Below the pieces are notes generated by a model, which searched no databases, was not told the origin of the DNA, and saw only the letters and a program-made list of their open reading frames with translations. Of a stretch of 49,125 nucleotides of DNA, positions 46,032-49,125 are shown piece after piece; the stretch's first letter is position 1; every line of letters begins with the position of its first letter. Both the position numbers and the translations under genes were made by a program. Source of the DNA: Candidatus Heimdallarchaeota archaeon (GTDB lineage Archaea; Asgardarchaeota; Heimdallarchaeia; Hodarchaeales; Hodarchaeaceae); contig JBHLSH010000018.1 of NCBI GenBank assembly GCA_048881705.1, positions 1 to 49,125 of the forward strand, given 5' to 3'.

Positions 46032-48032
46032 GTGAGAAAAGCAAAAATGGTAACTGTATTGGTTAATTTCATACTGTTTATAGCAATGAGTTCTAGTACC
46101 GTCAGTAATCCTGTATTTCTCGCCCAAAGTGACCCACCAAACTGGGTTTCTAGTTATACACATCATGGTGGGTACCTTGATGAGGTTTGGTGGCGTGTCT
46201 ATGGATCTGGTCAAACTGCCCAGACCATGCTGGATCTCGAAAATGGAATCATAGATGCCCATACGGAACGCATTCAGGATGCATACCTTAACCAACTTCT
46301 CCTCAATCCTAATGTTGACGTCCAAATTCACCTAACAAATCGGTATCGGGTTCTTACACTGAACAATGCAAGGTTTCCCTTAAACATAACCGGATTCCGT
46401 AGGGCGATGGCTTTCGGTATGGATAAATACAAGATTAATAACGATGCTATTGGAGGAAGAGGCCAACCTTTAGACAGCTATTTCTCGACCGTCGCGACGG
46501 AGTGGGAGGTCGAAAGTTCATTATCCACGCACTTTTATGGGAAGGACATTGCCTCTGGGAATGCCTCCCTAGAAAGAAATCATTTCAAAGACTTAGATGG
46601 TGATGGCTGGCGCGAGTATGATATGAACAAAAATGGTGTCTGGGACGCTGGGTATGACTTGGATGATAATGATCCAGCTGTGGTAATAGATATCTGGCCC
46701 TCTTTGAATTTCCAACCCGCGATCGTAGCGGCCAATGTTGCTAGAGACGGTCTCGCTGAAATGGGAATCCGATCTACGGTCACAGAGAAAGATTTAACGT
46801 GGATCCTTGACCAGGTTATGCAGGGTTTTTATCACGTCGCTATCTGGACAGAAGGACTCCCGTTCGTCAATCCAGCAAAAACGCTCTACGATAGATTCCG
46901 ATTTGGCACCCCTGGTAACTCCAACTTCGGAACTAGGTTTAGTAACTCAACGATTGATGGCATCCTTGACCAAATGATGGCTTCTAAAACCGCTGCGGAA
47001 GCCAAGCAATATGCCAAGCAAGCTAACGCGATGCTTGCCTATGAACAACCCCAGATCGTCTGTTATAACGACGTACTGATTGATGCTTGGCGGACAGATA
47101 AATTTGAGTTTCCGCTCGTCTTTGTAGCTGGAGGAAGAACCCATGTAGACAATATATACAATCCAACTCAAGCACATCTGAAAAACCTGACCTACGGTGG
47201 TGTCCTCAAGCTATCGAATGGAGGTCAAATGGATACAACAAATCCCTGGATGCAGAAGAGTCAGTACGAAGCCAACATCAATCAACAGATTTTCGAAGGC
47301 CTCTGCGATGTGGATCCTTACACCTGGGATCCAATTCCAAGACTAGCGTATGATTGGGATATTGAAGACACAACTGCCCTAGGGGATATTCAAGATGGCG
47401 AAAAATACACCTTCTACCTTTATCCCAATGTTGCATGGCATGATGGGAAACCGGTGACCGCATATGACATTAATTTCACCCTTCAAGAAGTAATCCCTCA
47501 AACAGTAAATGATTTCGCAGAAAGGAAAAATATTTACAAGATTGAGATACCAGACAGTCATACTATCGCATTTTATGTCAATAAATCAAGTTATTTTGAT
47601 TTTATCGCAATCATTGACGGGATTATGTATATTGTTCCCCAGCACATCTGGGAACCAAACGCAGGCGGAGATTACTCTACATTTGAGCTAGGTGTAGGGA
47701 CAACATGGATCGGTTCTGGGCCATACAGGATACAATCTCGAATACCTGGTCAGGAAATTAGACTTGAACGGAATGAAAAATGGCATTTTGCTATCGATTG
47801 GGAAGGTGGATGGCCACCTAACATCACCACGTATACTCCTCCAACCCCTCCTCCAACCACTCCCCCAACGACACCACCTACTTCCCCAACGACTGGGCCC
47901 ACGACTCCTCCTTCAAGTACAACCACATCGACAATACCAATCACTAGTCCCAGTTGGGGACTCCTCGTAATCATGGTTTCCGTTGGCACAGCATATGCAT
48001 TCAAGAAGAGGCACAGGAAAAAGGTCCCTTGA
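46032..48032 (+). CDS. Family-5 solute-binding protein, circularly permuted (paralog 3)
   Basis: It has the same motif order, a likely GTG start at 46032 after GAGGAG, and a Pro/Thr linker + SPSW-TM-basic tail. Confidence 0.85.
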   Translation: MRKAKMVTVLVNFILFIAMSSSTVSNPVFLAQSDPPNWVSSYTHHGGYLDEVWWRVYGSGQTAQTMLDLENGIIDAHTERIQDAYLNQLLLNPNVDVQIHLTNRYRVLTLNNARFPLNITGFRRAMAFGMDKYKINNDAIGGRGQPLDSYFSTVATEWEVESSLSTHFYGKDIASGNASLERNHFKDLDGDGWREYDMNKNGVWDAGYDLDDNDPAVVIDIWPSLNFQPAIVAANVARDGLAEMGIRSTVTEKDLTWILDQVMQGFYHVAIWTEGLPFVNPAKTLYDRFRFGTPGNSNFGTRFSNSTIDGILDQMMASKTAAEAKQYAKQANAMLAYEQPQIVCYNDVLIDAWRTDKFEFPLVFVAGGRTHVDNIYNPTQAHLKNLTYGGVLKLSNGGQMDTTNPWMQKSQYEANINQQIFEGLCDVDPYTWDPIPRLAYDWDIEDTTALGDIQDGEKYTFYLYPNVAWHDGKPVTAYDINFTLQEVIPQTVNDFAERKNIYKIEIPDSHTIAFYVNKSSYFDFIAIIDGIMYIVPQHIWEPNAGGDYSTFELGVGTTWIGSGPYRIQSRIPGQEIRLERNEKWHFAIDWEGGWPPNITTYTPPTPPPTTPPTTPPTSPTTGPTTPPSSTTTSTIPITSPSWGLLVIMVSVGTAYAFKKRHRKKVP

Positions 48033-48043
48033 ATTTGGGTTCA

Positions 48044-49125
48044 TCAACGGGAAATCAGCTTTTGCAGCTGACCGACAACGCCGGCCCTCATATAACGCCA
48101 GTAGATTCGCCGTTTATACTTGTTCTTTGAAAATATTCCAGTTAAACGCCGTCCCCAGTTGTCATATACATGCCTATAGGCTTTGTACAATTCCCTCTGC
48201 AGTTCTACAGCGGTTAAATATTCCATATCGGCTACTGCGTGGATCATATCATAATTAGTCCAATTTGAATCAACGATTCGGTTCTTTGCTTGTAATTCGT
48301 CGTACAACGGAGTCCCAGGGTAAGGAGTCAAAACCATCGTGATAATAAAGTCCGGCTTGACCACATCGGTGGCCCAACGCATGGTCTGTTGAATAGTCTC
48401 ACGAGTTTCCTGCTCGTGGCCAATGATTAACATTAATTGAGCCAAAATATTATATTTCTTTAGAAAACGAATGGCTTTAACCGTTTGTTGCCCATCAATC
48501 CCTTTTTTGTAATAATCGAGTACATCTTTGAAAGGAGATTCTGCGCCAACCAGTTGCCAATAGTTACCCGCATGGTTCATGGTTTGCAAGCCTGAATCCA
48601 CTCTTAAGATGCTATCAACACGTAACTGGGCAAACCACTCGATCGTGTCGCCCGTGAGGCCTCTCTCCATCAACTCCCTGCACAAGGCATCTATTAATTT
48701 GGGGCGGCCCATACAAAAATTATCATCTGTAAACCAGAAGAACCGACTGTTATACGTGTTATAAAGCCACTCCATCTCATCTACAATACGTTGGGGAGAT
48801 TTAGTGTGCCATTGGTGACGATAAAAGACATTCTGGGAACAGAAGGTACATTGCTGGTTGCAGCCTCGGGAGCCTTCCAAAATGACATAGGGATTATCAC
48901 TCATCATTTGGAAATGATATTTGGACATATCTGGAACTAAGTGATAAGCTGGGTATGGCAATTGGTCAAGTTCTTCCCCTATCATTGGAGGCCAATCTGC
49001 AGTGCGTTTAAACACTCCATTCTCTAAGAAAGAAATTCCGCAGATTTGCTTTAATCCCTGTTTAGAAAGTCCGTACTGCATAAAATGACGTAATAACTCT
49101 ATAAGAGCTCGTTCCCCCTCATAAC
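48044..49125 (-). CDS. B12-binding-domain radical SAM protein (5' end outside window)
   Basis: It has CNQQCTFC in EGSRGC..., FTDDNF and VGAES. The frame stays open upstream of 49081 as YEGERALIELL (the GEGE-like end of a B12 domain) to the window edge. Confidence 0.85.
   Translation of the reverse strand, partial: YEGERALIELLRHFMQYGLSKQGLKQICGISFLENGVFKRTADWPPMIGEELDQLPYPAYHLVPDMSKYHFQMMSDNPYVILEGSRGCNQQCTFCSQNVFYRHQWHTKSPQRIVDEMEWLYNTYNSRFFWFTDDNFCMGRPKLIDALCRELMERGLTGDTIEWFAQLRVDSILRVDSGLQTMNHAGNYWQLVGAESPFKDVLDYYKKGIDGQQTVKAIRFLKKYNILAQLMLIIGHEQETRETIQQTMRWATDVVKPDFIITMVLTPYPGTPLYDELQAKNRIVDSNWTNYDMIHAVADMEYLTAVELQRELYKAYRHVYDNWGRRLTGIFSKNKYKRRIYWRYMRAGVVGQLQKLISR

Overview
This looks like ordinary chromosomal DNA of an archaeon, probably an Asgard archaeon (Heimdallarchaeia/Hodarchaeales-like). 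That assignment is an inference from the PGF/SPSW-type C-terminal anchors, the archaeal ThiR, TrpB2 and DinG/XPD-type genes, and GGAG/GGTG-type Shine-Dalgarno (SD) motifs. I found no rRNA, tRNA, CRISPR array or transposase. Left to right the window holds: a giant (>=2383 aa) secreted/membrane DUF2341 + Ig-like-repeat protein on the minus strand that the ORF track misses because it runs off the left edge; a thiamine-salvage cluster (thiR, a ThiK-like kinase, thiQPB); a stand-alone CopZ-NT-like protein; a small Lrp-type protein; TPR + DinG/XPD helicase; trpB2 flanked by repeats and a structured non-coding element; an internally deleted adenine deaminase remnant; a split P-loop kinase/phosphotransferase pair; thiolase; MFS + wHTH regulator; a CruF-like membrane protein; an ABC-2 exporter with a 1084-aa GNAT protein; wHTH + membrane protein; penicillin acylase; three orphan peptide-binding proteins that appear circularly permuted; a nitroreductase; and a truncated B12-type radical SAM gene. 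The most notable signals are the apparent circular permutation of the family-5 binding proteins, repeated apparent CTG start codons, the ThiR/ThiK-like/thiBPQ module, the giant repeat protein and a three-way-junction RNA candidate. All family assignments come from motifs recognised by eye; no database search was run.
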